This document shows positions 51,378 through 61,583 of a stretch of 64,000 nucleotides of DNA, piece by piece. Under the pieces are notes generated by a model. The model was not told the origin of the DNA, ran no database searches, and was given only the letters and a program-made list of their open reading frames with translations. Each line of letters starts with the position of its first letter. The stretch's first letter is position 1. The position numbers and the translations under genes were made by a program. The stretch comes from an uncultured delta proteobacterium (GTDB lineage: Bacteria; Desulfobacterota; WTBG01; CAIYCZ01; CAIRTM01), in the NCBI GenBank assembly GCA_963804955.1, contig CAWDSQ010000025.1, forward strand, positions 11,291 to 75,290, written 5' to 3'.

Positions 51378-52520
51378 TTACGCCACTTTGCGCCTGCCCC
51401 ATTTTGATTCAAGGGCATAGGAAAACAGCTGCAACAGGGCCTCCTTGTCCATAGGCGGACAGACCGGTATCTTTTCCGGCGGCAGTATTTTTTTGATCGC
51501 GCTGCGGTCAAACAGGGGTTCGCTGGTCAGATAGGGCGCATAAAAAGCGCCCTGATCGAGCAAAAAACCCTCCAATTCCGTCGGCGGCACTTTTTCGAAA
51601 TCGCTTTTATCTACAAGACGCGTTCCGGTGACGCCGAGCACCTCTTCGATCGCATCCTGCATCAGGCCGAGCGTGGGCGGCTGCTCATGCGTTATGTGAT
51701 AGGTGCCCCCATGGGTTGCGGGGTTGTTGAAAATAGCCATGGTCGTATCGACAACATAATCGATATGAACGAAATTCTTGGTCACCGCAGGGTTGCCCAG
51801 GCAGCGCGCAGGGATGATAACCCGGCCCCTGCTGTCTTTTTCCTCAAACGCGCGCCTGGCTGAATCAAAAAAGCGCACAAACATATACATTCCGTTGAAA
51901 AGAACAGTATGCCCCGATGATGAGTCCCCAACAATGATGCTTGGCCGGTACACGGTTGTGGCAAGCCCCTGCTCGCGGTAGCGGCCTATTATTTTCTCGG
52001 CTTCAAATTTGCTGGATTCATAGCCGTTAAAAAACCCCTGCCCGCGGTCAAGCTCGTTCTCATAGGCCATGTCTTTGCGGTCTCCGGCGACATAGGCCGT
52101 GCTGATATAATGATAGCCGTAGGATGGCTTGCAGTCGAAAGCAAGGCGGGTTACCTGCTCGGTGCCTTCGACATTTACCTTCCACTGCCGCGGGGCATGT
52201 GCCGGATCAAACGTCGTCATGGCGGCGCAGTGCAGCACGCAGTCAAGCTCCCCGGCGAGGCGGTCATAAGCGGCCGGGCTCATGCCGAAATGCGGCTTAT
52301 CGAGCTCACCCTCCACCACGCTGCACCGCGCAAGCGCCTCATCGGCCTGGGCGGCATCAGCACCGATGCCGTGCAGCGCTTTATGCAGCCGTTCATGGGC
52401 CAGTTCGCCTTTTTGCGAGCGCAGCAGGCAGGCTACATTCCAGCCCTCCAGGGCAAGGGCCCGCGCAAGATAGCTTCCCAGAAATCCGTTTGCACCGGTT
52501 AAAAATATACGTTTGCTCAT
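51378..52520 (-). CDS. SDR-family thioester/fatty-acyl reductase (NAD_binding_4 type)
   Basis: 'IFLTGANGFLGSYLARAL' is the Rossmann motif, 'YESSKFEAEK' the YxxxK, and 'YRPSIIVGDS' follows. Confidence 0.8.
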   Translation of the reverse strand: MSKRIFLTGANGFLGSYLARALALEGWNVACLLRSQKGELAHERLHKALHGIGADAAQADEALARCSVVEGELDKPHFGMSPAAYDRLAGELDCVLHCAAMTTFDPAHAPRQWKVNVEGTEQVTRLAFDCKPSYGYHYISTAYVAGDRKDMAYENELDRGQGFFNGYESSKFEAEKIIGRYREQGLATTVYRPSIIVGDSSSGHTVLFNGMYMFVRFFDSARRAFEEKDSRGRVIIPARCLGNPAVTKNFVHIDYVVDTTMAIFNNPATHGGTYHITHEQPPTLGLMQDAIEEVLGVTGTRLVDKSDFEKVPPTELEGFLLDQGAFYAPYLTSEPLFDRSAIKKILPPEKIPVCPPMDKEALLQLFSYALESKWGRRKVA

Positions 52521-52667
52521 AGCGACGTGTTCTCTATTATATGAAAGGTTAGAACGATTGTTTACCTATTACAACAAATCCGCCTGTCATGTGTTTCATT
52601 TTTTTTGCTCTTCAACGCTCTATCTGCGGGCATTTAAAGAGCTTGCATGCATGTTTCAGGTCCGTGA

Positions 52668-52988
52668 AAACAGAAGTCGGAATTCAGCAGTCAGAATTCA
52701 GAATAGAAGACACAGAGGCTGCAAGGCGCTTACTTGTTTCTTCCATGCAATAATAATCTGTAACGTTTAGTTTAGTGTTTGAACGAAAACTCTTTTTTTA
52801 CGTCCGTGTCATCTCGACCGAAGGGAGAGATCTTTTTTTTGCAGTAGATTTCTCAGTCGCTCCGCTCCTTCGAAATGACAATCATTGCGAACAAGGGGGT
52901 TTTCGTTCAACCACTATTTAGTTTTTATACTGGATTCTGACTCCTGAATTTCAAGTCCTTAATTCTGGCTACTGAATTCTGAATTCTA
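52668..52988. repeat. Composite nested repeat: R2 arms enclosing 'tgaacgaaaac' inverted repeats and the 28-nt hairpin unit
   Basis: The outer arms are 52668-52730 and 52931-52988. The inner inverted repeat is 'gtttgaacgaaaac' / 'gttttcgttcaac'. 52808-52835 is an exact reverse complement of 898-925. Confidence 0.75.
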
Positions 52989-54127
52989 TTTTGTGCGCCC
53001 CGCAGATTTTACCGGGGGGGCTTTTTTCTCAACATATCCCTCAATCAGGATATCATTCTTGATGCGGCGAAGCCGCATATCGACGATAGCTACGGCCTCT
53101 GCTATGCAGGAGGGGCCTTTTCCGCCGATCATACCCACAGCCTGCCTGCCGCCGATTATTTTCGGAGCATAAAATATATATACTTTATCAACGACACCGT
53201 CTGCAAGTGCTGAAGCGGCAAGCTCAGCGCCGCCCTCAATAAGCACGCTTGCGATGCCGCCTGCGGCAAGCTTTTTGAAGCAGCCTGCGCATATCGATGC
53301 GGCCGCTTTTCTGCGGGCAGGACAGCACCCGCACACCTGCCGCTCGCAGTTTATTCGCCTTGGGTGTTGCGGCCTTGTCGGGACGCGTCACGATCATGGT
53401 GCCCGCTGCATACTCCGGCTGAACCACATGGCTGGAAAGGGGCGTGCGCAGCCTGCCGTCGACAATCACCCGGAGAGGCTGCCTGGCCGGCTTTTCCCCC
53501 GAGACGGGCTGTCAGCTGCGGGTCATCGGCAAGAACCGTACCGCTGCCCACCATGACCGCATCTGCTTCAGAGCGCAACAGGTGGGCAACCCGGCGGGAT
53601 TCCGGGCAGGTGATCCACTTTGAATCGCCGGTGCGTGTCGCGATCCTGCCGTCGAGCGTGACGGCGGATTTCAGCGCGACAAAGGGCATGCCGGTTGTGA
53701 TGTATTTCAGAAAGGACTCGTTGAGCCTGCGGCACTCTTTTTCAAGAATGCCCGAAACGACTGCAATGCCCGCAGCCCTGAGCTTTTTCATGCCGCGGCC
53801 GCTTACCAGCGGGTTGGGGTCTGCCATGCCGACAAAGACGCGGCCGACACCGGCTTGTATAAGCGCGTCGGCGCAGGGTGGTGTTTTTCCGGTATGGGAG
53901 CAGGGTTCAAGCGTCACATAGATATCGGCGCCGCGCGCCAGCTCTCCTGCCTGCTGCAGGGCATGCACCTCTGCATGGGGCCCGCCGAAACACCGGTGAT
54001 AACCGGCGCCCACAACGGCGCCCTCACGAACGACAAGCGCCCCCACCATGGGATTGGGGCTCACGCGGCCCGCGCCTTTTCGCGCAAGCCCGAGGGCCTG
54101 TTTCATAAAACGCTCATGGAGCGTCAT
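52986..54127 (-). CDS. ribD: Bifunctional riboflavin biosynthesis deaminase/reductase RibD (at least two frame breaks, ~53340-53480)
   Basis: 'NPMVGALVV', 'HAEVHAL', 'TLEPCSHTGKTPPC' and 'ALKSAVTLDGRIA', then 'RVIVDGRLRTP' and 'SVLIEGGAELAAS' in two other frames. Confidence 0.85.
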
Positions 54128-54144
54128 GCCGCCACCTGCCCGCA

Positions 54145-54603
54145 TCAGCCTTTTTTGTTCAAAACCGATTTCACCTCTTCCATAAAATCGGTAATATCCT
54201 TGAATGATCTGTAGACGGAGGCAAAACGCACATAGGCAACAGCATCAAGCTCGTGGAGCTCTATCATCACGCGCTCGCCGATTTCGGTGCTGGGTATCTC
54301 TTTAGCCCCTTTTTCAAGCAGCGACCGCTCGATGCGATCGGTTATCTCCTCAAGCTTGTCAATGCTGATGTCTCGCTTCTGACAGGCCTTGCGCAGCCCG
54401 TCGAGAATCTTTCTGCGATCATAGATTTCACGCCGGCTGTCTTTCTTTATGATGGCCGGCAGCGTCTCCTCAATGGTTTCATGCGTCGTAAACCGCTTCA
54501 GGCAGGACAGGCACTCGCGGCGCCTGCGAATCGTTTCGCCGTCGCGGCTGATACGGGAATCAATAACCTTGTCTTCGAGATTGGTGCAGTACGGGCACTT
54601 CAT
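54145..54603 (-). CDS. nrdR: Transcriptional repressor NrdR
   Basis: '[17 protein letters not shown]...[16 protein letters not shown]' is the zinc ribbon, followed by an ATP-cone. Confidence 0.95.
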   Translation of the reverse strand: MKCPYCTNLEDKVIDSRISRDGETIRRRRECLSCLKRFTTHETIEETLPAIIKKDSRREIYDRRKILDGLRKACQKRDISIDKLEEITDRIERSLLEKGAKEIPSTEIGERVMIELHELDAVAYVRFASVYRSFKDITDFMEEVKSVLNKKG

Positions 54604-55073
54604 AACCCTTCTCCCTGTGGTTGAAATCTGGTTATGGTAATAGCGGCCTCCTGAAGAAGCTCCTGCGTCAGATCATCAGCATAACCTTCTTCATAGACAA
54701 TGTCGGTGATGCCGGCATTGATAAGCATTTTCAGGCAGATGCTGCAGGGCAGCGTGGTGCAGACCAGCAAGGCGCCCTGAATGCTGATGCCGTGGGCGGC
54801 AGCCTGGATGATGGCATTCTGCTCGGCATGAAGCCCCCGGCACAGCTCATGGCGCTGGCCGGAAGGCACATTATTCTTTTCCCGCAGGCAACCGATCACG
54901 GCACAGTGCTCAAGGCCTGTCGGAGCACCGTTATAGCCGGTGGCAAGAATCCGTTTATCCTTCACCAGCACCGCACCAACGCGGCGGCGCGTGCAGGTCG
55001 AGCGTTTGGAAACCAGATGGGCGATTTCCATAAAATATTCCTGCCAGTCAGGACGTCGTGAGCATGTTGTCAT
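54600..55073 (-). CDS. dCMP/cytidine deaminase family protein
   Basis: 'HAEQNAI' and '[14 protein letters not shown]' are the zinc-binding motifs. Confidence 0.85.
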   Translation of the reverse strand: MTTCSRRPDWQEYFMEIAHLVSKRSTCTRRRVGAVLVKDKRILATGYNGAPTGLEHCAVIGCLREKNNVPSGQRHELCRGLHAEQNAIIQAAAHGISIQGALLVCTTLPCSICLKMLINAGITDIVYEEGYADDLTQELLQEAAITITRFQPQGEGL

Positions 55074-55194
55074 AGCGCGTGGACTCCTGCATACAAGTAT
55101 CCGGGCAGGCAGCCCGGCTTTCGGGGTGGATCCGGCTTCAGGCAGTCCGCCTGTTTCTTAAGAGCGTATTTTAAAAGCCCCTGACCTCACCCTG

Positions 55195-55320
55195 AGTGCA
55201 AATCCCCCCCCAAAGTGGGGGCGAAAAAATTCCCCCTTTAGCAAAGGGGGTTAGGGGGATTTGTCAGGCTGCAAAAAATCCCCCTGTATCCCCCTTTTTC
55301 AAAGAAGGGGGATAAAAAGG
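55195..55320. repeat. Family R3 repeat cluster
   Basis: 'ccccctttagcaaagggggttagggggatttgtcaggctgcaaaaaatccccctgtatccccctttttcaaagaaggggg'. It matches 19801-19858 and, inverted, 29341-29375. Confidence 0.8.
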
Positions 55321-55492
55321 CAGGTGCACATTAAACCAATTTAAGCAACAGAAAGCCCCGCCTTGTATGCCGGAAGCATCATTATTAAATCATCCTCTCA
55401 AGCCTGCGTGCACCCGTCAGCATTAAAAAAATTCCTTCAAGGGACTATCAGCGCCGGGACATGCGGCGGGTAAAAATGTCGGAAGGAAAACG

Positions 55493-55945
55493 CTATTTGA
55501 AATTTTCTTTTTCAATCTCGGCTATCATATCAAGACGACCCTGATGCCGGCCCCCTTCAAATGGTGTCTCCAGCCAGATGCGGGCCATCTGGCAGGCCTG
55601 CTCTATGCCGACCGACTCACCCATCACCAGCACATTGGCATCATTGTGCAGGCGGCACATTTTTGCCGTTTGCCCGTTATGGCACAGCGCTGCCCTGATG
55701 CCCCGAAACTTGTTGGCCGCCATCGACATGCCGATGCCGGAGCCGCAGATAAGCATGCCGCGGTCGCAGGCGCCGCTTGCCACGGCGCGTGCAACCTTTG
55801 CGGCAAATTCCGGATAATCGGCTGGCGCGTCCGTAAAAGGGCCTGCGTCCTCAACGGTCATGCCAAGGCCCTGCATAAATTCTTTAAGCGCCGCCTTCAT
55901 CGCGCAGCCGCGATGATCAGAGCCGATGATAATTTTGCCGGTCAT
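55493..55945 (-). CDS. rpiB: Ribose-5-phosphate isomerase B
   Basis: 'IIIGSDHRG', 'GMLICGSGIGMSMAANK' and 'RLHNDANVL'. Confidence 0.9.
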   Translation of the reverse strand: MTGKIIIGSDHRGCAMKAALKEFMQGLGMTVEDAGPFTDAPADYPEFAAKVARAVASGACDRGMLICGSGIGMSMAANKFRGIRAALCHNGQTAKMCRLHNDANVLVMGESVGIEQACQMARIWLETPFEGGRHQGRLDMIAEIEKENFK

Positions 55946-55949
55946 AGCC

Positions 55950-57200
55950 TTATCCTTCAAACTTCTTGAAAACAAGAGTTGCATTGGTGCCGCCGAAGCC
56001 GAAGGAATTGCTCATGGCAACCTTGATGGCCTTTTCACGGGCCACATTGGGAACATAGTCAAGGGTGCACTCGGGATCAGGATTTTCATAGTTGATGGTC
56101 GGCGGCAGCACGCCGTTTTGCAGGGCAAGCACGCTGAAAATCGCCTCAACGCCGCCTGCCGCACCCAGCATATGCCCGGTCATGGATTTGGTGGAGCTGA
56201 CGGCAACCTTCATTGCACAGTCCTTCAGAACCGTCTTCATGGCCTGTGTCTCGGCCAGATCATTGGCGGGAGTTGAGGTGCCGTGAGCATTAATGTAATC
56301 GAGCTGATCATAGTTGAGGCCGGCATCCTTGAGCGCAAGATTCATGCAGCGGGCAGCCCCCTCGCCGCCCGGAGACGGTGCGGTGATATGGTAGGCGTCT
56401 GCATTGCAGCCGAAGCCGACGATCTCGGCGCGTATCGGAGCGCCGCGTTTCTTTGCATGCTCGAGCTCCTCGATCAAAAGAATGCCCGCGCCCTCTGCGA
56501 TGACAAAGCCGTCGCGATCGCGTTCAAAGGGGCGGCTTGCCTTCGTGGGCTCATCATTGTGTGTGGCGGACAGGGCTTTCATGGCGCTGAAACCGCCCAC
56601 GGCAAGAGGCGTAATGGTCGATTCAACGCCGCCTGCTATCATGGCATCGGCATCGCCGCGCTGAATGATCTTGAAGGCCTCGCCGATTGAGTGATTGCCG
56701 GTTGCGCAGGCCGTCACCATGGAGCTGTTGGGCCCCTTGCACCCGAAATACATGGAAATCTGGCCCGGCGCGAGATTGATGATCAGCATGGGCACAAAAA
56801 ACGGTGAAATCTTTTTAGGCCCGCCCTTAAGATATATCTCGTGATATCTTTCGATCGTTGCAAGGCCGCCAAGCCCCGAACCGACGAGAACGCCCACGCG
56901 CTCGGCGTTGTCATCAGTAATTTCAAGCCCCGAGCTCTTCACCGCCATCTTGCCTGCGGCAAGGGCATAGTGAAGAAAGGTGTCCATCTTTTTTATTTCT
57001 TTCTTGTCCTCGATATAGTCCTCGGGATTGAAGTTCTTCACCTCGCCGGCGATCTTTGCCGGGAAGTCCGTCGCATCAAAACGGGTAATAAGGCCGATGC
57101 CGGAGCGGCCGTTTTTGACTGCGTCCCAGTTCTCTTCAACGCCGATCCCCAGCGGCGTGACAATGCCAAGACCGGTTACAACTACTCTTTTATTTTCCAA
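55950..57200 (-). CDS. fabF: 3-oxoacyl-ACP synthase II
   Basis: '[15 protein letters not shown]', '[12 protein letters not shown]', 'NAHGTSTP' and '[12 protein letters not shown]'. The TTG start at 57200 (AGGGGG upstream) is inferred; the track ORF's ATG is 22 codons upstream. Confidence 0.9.
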   Translation of the reverse strand: MENKRVVVTGLGIVTPLGIGVEENWDAVKNGRSGIGLITRFDATDFPAKIAGEVKNFNPEDYIEDKKEIKKMDTFLHYALAAGKMAVKSSGLEITDDNAERVGVLVGSGLGGLATIERYHEIYLKGGPKKISPFFVPMLIINLAPGQISMYFGCKGPNSSMVTACATGNHSIGEAFKIIQRGDADAMIAGGVESTITPLAVGGFSAMKALSATHNDEPTKASRPFERDRDGFVIAEGAGILLIEELEHAKKRGAPIRAEIVGFGCNADAYHITAPSPGGEGAARCMNLALKDAGLNYDQLDYINAHGTSTPANDLAETQAMKTVLKDCAMKVAVSSTKSMTGHMLGAAGGVEAIFSVLALQNGVLPPTINYENPDPECTLDYVPNVAREKAIKVAMSNSFGFGGTNATLVFKKFEG

Positions 57201-57312
57201 CGCTTGTAACCCCCTATAAGTGTTAAGTTGCGAAAGCCTTCCAGGCACAGCCGGGAAGGCTTTCATTTATAGAAGCATGCGCCTGTTGCCAGCTGCTGAT
57301 GTCAAGCCACGA

Positions 57313-57555
57313 TTAGTTCTTGTGAGCCTTGATATAGTCGATAGCGTCCTTCACGGTCTGAATCTTTTCAGCCGCCTCATCAGGAATCTCCTGACCGAAC
57401 TTCTCTTCAAACACCATGATGAGCTCAACCAGATCAAGCGAATCAGCACCCAGATCATCAACAAATGAAGCCTCGGGAACAACTTCCTCTGCGCTTACTG
57501 AAAGCTGCTCGACGATGATTTCTTTGACCAGTTCTTCTACGGATTTATCTGCCAT
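57313..57555 (-). CDS. acpP: Acyl carrier protein
   Basis: '[17 protein letters not shown]' contains the phosphopantetheine Ser motif. Confidence 0.95.
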   Translation of the reverse strand: MADKSVEELVKEIIVEQLSVSAEEVVPEASFVDDLGADSLDLVELIMVFEEKFGQEIPDEAAEKIQTVKDAIDYIKAHKN

Positions 57556-57613
57556 GTTACTAACCTCCTTATGTTCCTGTTTACTGTTATTGTTTGCCTC
57601 TGTTTTTTTTCAA

Positions 57614-58354
57614 TTACATGTAAAGCCCGCCGTTAATATGCACAACCTGACCCGTGATGTACCCCGCCTGATCGCTCGCCAGAAAGCAGACCAGCTCGGC
57701 CACGTCCTCGGGAAGCCCGAGTTTTCTGACCGGAATCTGGCTGATCATGGCCTCGCGCTCCTTGTCGGGGATCGCATCGGTCATGGCTGTCTTGATAAAA
57801 CCCGGCGCCACGGCATTGACCGTGATGCCGCAATGGCCGTATTCGCGGGCTATGGCCTTGGTAAATCCCATGACCGCCGCCTTGGATGCCGAATAGTTGG
57901 CCTGCCCGGCATTGCCCATGGCGCCTGTTACCGACGATATATTCACAATGCGTCCGTACTTGGCCTTAAACATGGGCCGTATGGCCGCCTTGGTACAATT
58001 AAACGTACCCTTGAGGTTCACGGCTATCACCTGGTCCCACTGTTCCTCCTTCATGCGAAGAAGCACTGTGTCGCGGGTGATGCCTGCATTGTTGACCAGA
58101 ATGTCGATTTTACCGTATGCATCAATACAGGCCTTGATCATTGCTTCGCAATCGGCGGCTTCAACCACATTTACCTTCACCGCCACAGCCCTGCGCCCCA
58201 GCTGCGCAATCTCTGCTACAACTTCCTGCAGGCTCTGCTCATTGACATCAGCCACCACCATGTCCGCTCCGCGCTGCGCAAGCGTAAGGGCTATGGTTCG
58301 TCCGATGCCCTGAGCAGCTCCGGTCACTATTGCCGCTTTACCTGTTAGATTCAT
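57614..58354 (-). CDS. fabG: 3-oxoacyl-ACP reductase
   Basis: 'LTGKAAIVTGAAQGIG', 'NNAGIT' and 'YSASKAAV'. Confidence 0.9.
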   Translation of the reverse strand: MNLTGKAAIVTGAAQGIGRTIALTLAQRGADMVVADVNEQSLQEVVAEIAQLGRRAVAVKVNVVEAADCEAMIKACIDAYGKIDILVNNAGITRDTVLLRMKEEQWDQVIAVNLKGTFNCTKAAIRPMFKAKYGRIVNISSVTGAMGNAGQANYSASKAAVMGFTKAIAREYGHCGITVNAVAPGFIKTAMTDAIPDKEREAMISQIPVRKLGLPEDVAELVCFLASDQAGYITGQVVHINGGLYM

Positions 58355-58401
58355 CCGGTTTCCCTTTTTATACCAAATATTGCGATAGTGCAAACACTTT
58401 A

Positions 58402-59569
58402 TCAGTCTATCCTGTGTCCGGCCGCTTCCTTGACCAGGTACTGGCCGATGACGGTGCGCTGAATCTGATTGGTGCCCTCATATATCTGCAGAATCTTGGC
58501 ATCGCGCATCATCTTCTCAACCGGATACTCGCGCATGTAGCCGTAGCCGCCGAATATCTGCACGGCATCGGTGGTGACGCGCATGCACACATCAGAGGCA
58601 TACAGCTTTGCCATGGAGGAGTACTTCGACATGTCCTTGGCGCCGGCATCGCAGTAGCGCGAGGCCTGATAGGTAAGCGCCCGGGCGGCTTCAATCTCGG
58701 TTGCCATATTGGCCAGCATATGCTGCACGGCCTGATGGGAGATGATGGACTTGCCGAAGGTGACGCGCTCATAGGCGTACTTGATCGACTCATTGAGCGC
58801 GCCGGTTGCAAGGCCGACGGCCTGTGCTGCAATGCCGGTGCGGGTCTGGTCAAAAGTCTTCATGGCGACCATGAAGCCCATGCCCTCCTTGCCGAGCATC
58901 ATGTCTTTTGAAACCTTGCAGTCTTCAAACACAAGCTCGCGGGTTGCCGATGCCCGGATGCCGAGCTTCTTTTCCTTCTTGCCGAAGGTAAATCCCGGGC
59001 TGGCCCTTTTCAAGAATAAAGGCGCTTGCGCCGCGGGGGCCCTTTGAGGGATCGGTCTTGGCGACAACCGAATAGGTCTCGGCCTCGCCGCCATTGGTGA
59101 TCCACTGCTTCACGCCGTTCATAATAAAATAATCGCCGTCCTTCTTTGCCGTCGTGCGGATGCTGGCGGCATCGCTGCCGGCGGCCGACTCGGTAAGGCC
59201 GAAGGCGGCAATTTTCTTGCCCGCTGCGATATCGGGCAGGTATTTCAGCTTCTGCTCATGGCTGCCGAACAGCAGGATCGGATAGGCGCCAAGGCCGCTT
59301 GCGGCAAAACTCACGGAAATGCCGATACAATATTTGCTGAGCTCTTCAACAACAAGGTTATTGTCAAAATTGCCGAGGCCCATGCCGCCGTACTCTTCGG
59401 GGATATAGATGCCGAACAGGCCGGCATCGGCCAGCACCTTCAGAACGTCCCAGGGAAACTCTTCCTTCTCATCAAGTTCGGCCCGCACGGGGATGATCTT
59501 TTCCCGGGCTATCTTGCGCGCCAGGTCAACCATCTGAACCTGCATTTCATTCAAACCATAATCCAGCAT
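58402..59569 (-). CDS. Acyl-CoA dehydrogenase (one frame break ~58950-59050)
   Basis: 'AFGLTESAAGSDA', 'NGVKQWITNG' and, in the other frame, 'QIFGGYGYMREYPVEKMMRDAKILQIYEGTNQIQ'. Confidence 0.85.
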
Positions 59570-59592
59570 AATGTCTTACCTTTCTCTGATTA

Positions 59593-60574
59593 TTACCAAC
59601 GAATTAGAGCTGCGCCCCAGGTCAATCCGGCCCCGAATGCATCAAGAAGAATAATGTCATTTTTCTTCATGCGATGCTGCCGGTTTGCTTCGTCAAGGGC
59701 TATCGGAATCGATGCCGATGAGGTATTGCCGTAGCGTTCGATATTTAAAAAAACTTTTTCCGGATGCAGATTCAGCCTTTTTGCTATGGCATCGATGATG
59801 CGGAAGTTTGCCTGATGCGAAATAAGAAGGTCGATATCATCGCCGGTGAGATTGTTTTTTTCAAGGGCGGTGAGCGCTGCCTCTTCAAGAGACTTGACCG
59901 CTACTTTGAAAACCTTGTTGCCGTCCATCTTAATATAATGCTGGCGCGCCTCTATCGAATCATGCGAAGCAGGATTCAGTGATCCGCCGCCGGGTATCAG
60001 CAGATAGTCTGTATAGGCGCCGTCGGCATACAGGTGCGTTGATAAAATGCCGCGCTCCCCCTGCTCGGCCGCAAGCACGACGGCGCCTGCGCCGTCACCG
60101 AAACAGCACGCAGGTCGTGCGGTCCTGATAATCGGTGAATTTTGAAAGCGTTTCAGCGCCGATGACCAGAATTTTTTTATGCGTGCCCGACCGGATAAAC
60201 GCATCGGCGACGGTCAGCGCATAAAGAAAGCCCGTACAGCCTGCCGACACGTCGAAAGCCGCAGCCCGCGAAGCCTTGAGCCGGTGCTGAACAAAGCAGG
60301 CAACCGAGGGCATAGGCATATCCGGGGAAATGGTCCCGACAATTATCAGATCAAGCTCTTCGGCAGCAGTGCCCGCCATTTCAAGGGCACTCAGCGCAGC
60401 CCGGTAGCCAAACGTGGAACTGCATTCGCCGTCTGCGGCGATGTGCCGCTCCCTGATGCCCGTGCGGGTCATGATCCACTCATTGCTGGTGTCAACAAGC
60501 GTTTCAAGATCCTTGTTGGAGAGAACCTTGGCCGGTACGCTCGAACCAGTGCCGATAATTCGTGATCTAAACAT
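59593..60574 (-). CDS. fabH: 3-oxoacyl-ACP synthase III (one frame break ~60100-60200)
   Basis: 'IIGTGSSVPAKVLSN', 'AFDVSAGCTGFLYAL' and, in the other frame, 'HQANFRII...GNTSSASIPIALD...GAGLTWGAALIRW'. Confidence 0.85.
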
Positions 60575-60610
60575 TGTGACGGCTGTCAAGTTGAATGAAT
60601 GTTTGAGTCG

Positions 60611-60793
60611 TTATTCAGCGGCTACAGAGATGACTTCTTTGCCGTTGTAATAACCGCACTTGGCGCAGGCATAATGAGGCCTCTTGGGCTCCTTGCACTG
60701 CGGGCAAGCCGCAACATTAACCGGGGTGAGGGCATGATGCGACCGGCGGGTATCACGCCGTGCCTTGGATGTCTTTTTTTTCGGTTGTGCCAT
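60611..60793 (-). CDS. rpmF: 50S ribosomal protein L32
   Basis: 'MAQPKKKTSKARRDTRRSH...CPQCKEPKRPHYACAKCGYY'. Confidence 0.95.
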   Translation of the reverse strand: MAQPKKKTSKARRDTRRSHHALTPVNVAACPQCKEPKRPHYACAKCGYYNGKEVISVAAE

Positions 60794-60875
60794 GGGTCAC
60801 TGTCCCTTTTATAATAATTAAAAAACAAGCGCTCACTTCTTGAGCTTTTTTAACACGCTGAATGGCGATAAGGTT

Positions 60876-61385
60876 TCACGTCTTTAAGCTCTCCGCGCAG
60901 GAGCATGCCTCCTCGTTGAGATTTATGCCGCATTGCCCGCAGAGCCCTTTGCAGGCTTCCTGACAACGGGGATACTGCGGCACATGCAGATACATCTGCT
61001 CGGCTATGAACGGGCGCAGATCAACCGGTTCACCCTCTTTATAATAGACAACCTCAAGATCTTCTGCGCTCAGTTCCTTCTCTTCCACATGTGATTCTTT
61101 GGATTTGGGCCAGAAGATATAGCGAAACCGGGCTTCCAGTGGCCAGACAAACTCCTTCAGACACCGAACACAGGCAAGTTCCAGGGTCGCTGCACATGAA
61201 CCCTCCATTATGACCTGTGGCCTCGGAAGATGAAACTGCACCTCAAGTTCAATCGGTGAAGCAATACGAAACAGGCCGTCGGTGTCTGCCAGGATTCCTT
61301 CAAGCGCTCCAGCATCCCACTGCGTAGACAACCGAAAGCCGTCATGAGGTATATCATCGATACGTACAGAATAAAAAGCACTCAT
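60876..61385 (-). CDS. yceD: YceD/DUF177 family protein
   Basis: It sits in the canonical position upstream of rpmF. The C-terminus 'CQEACKGLCGQCGINLNEEACSC' is present. Confidence 0.8.
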   Translation of the reverse strand: MSAFYSVRIDDIPHDGFRLSTQWDAGALEGILADTDGLFRIASPIELEVQFHLPRPQVIMEGSCAATLELACVRCLKEFVWPLEARFRYIFWPKSKESHVEEKELSAEDLEVVYYKEGEPVDLRPFIAEQMYLHVPQYPRCQEACKGLCGQCGINLNEEACSCAESLKT

Positions 61386-61583
61386 TATAAAAAATTAGGA
61401 GTGTGTTTTTACTAATATTGTTCCTGTTTGTCAATGCAAATTTTCGCATTTTTGGAAATATTGAAAATAAAATAATAAAAAAAATTACACTTGCTTAAAA
61501 AAACAACAAAAAGCTCTGCAAAAACTATCCCTCGCCCTTCATGCAGAGCGAGGGATTAGCTTGCATATAAATATTTATATTTG

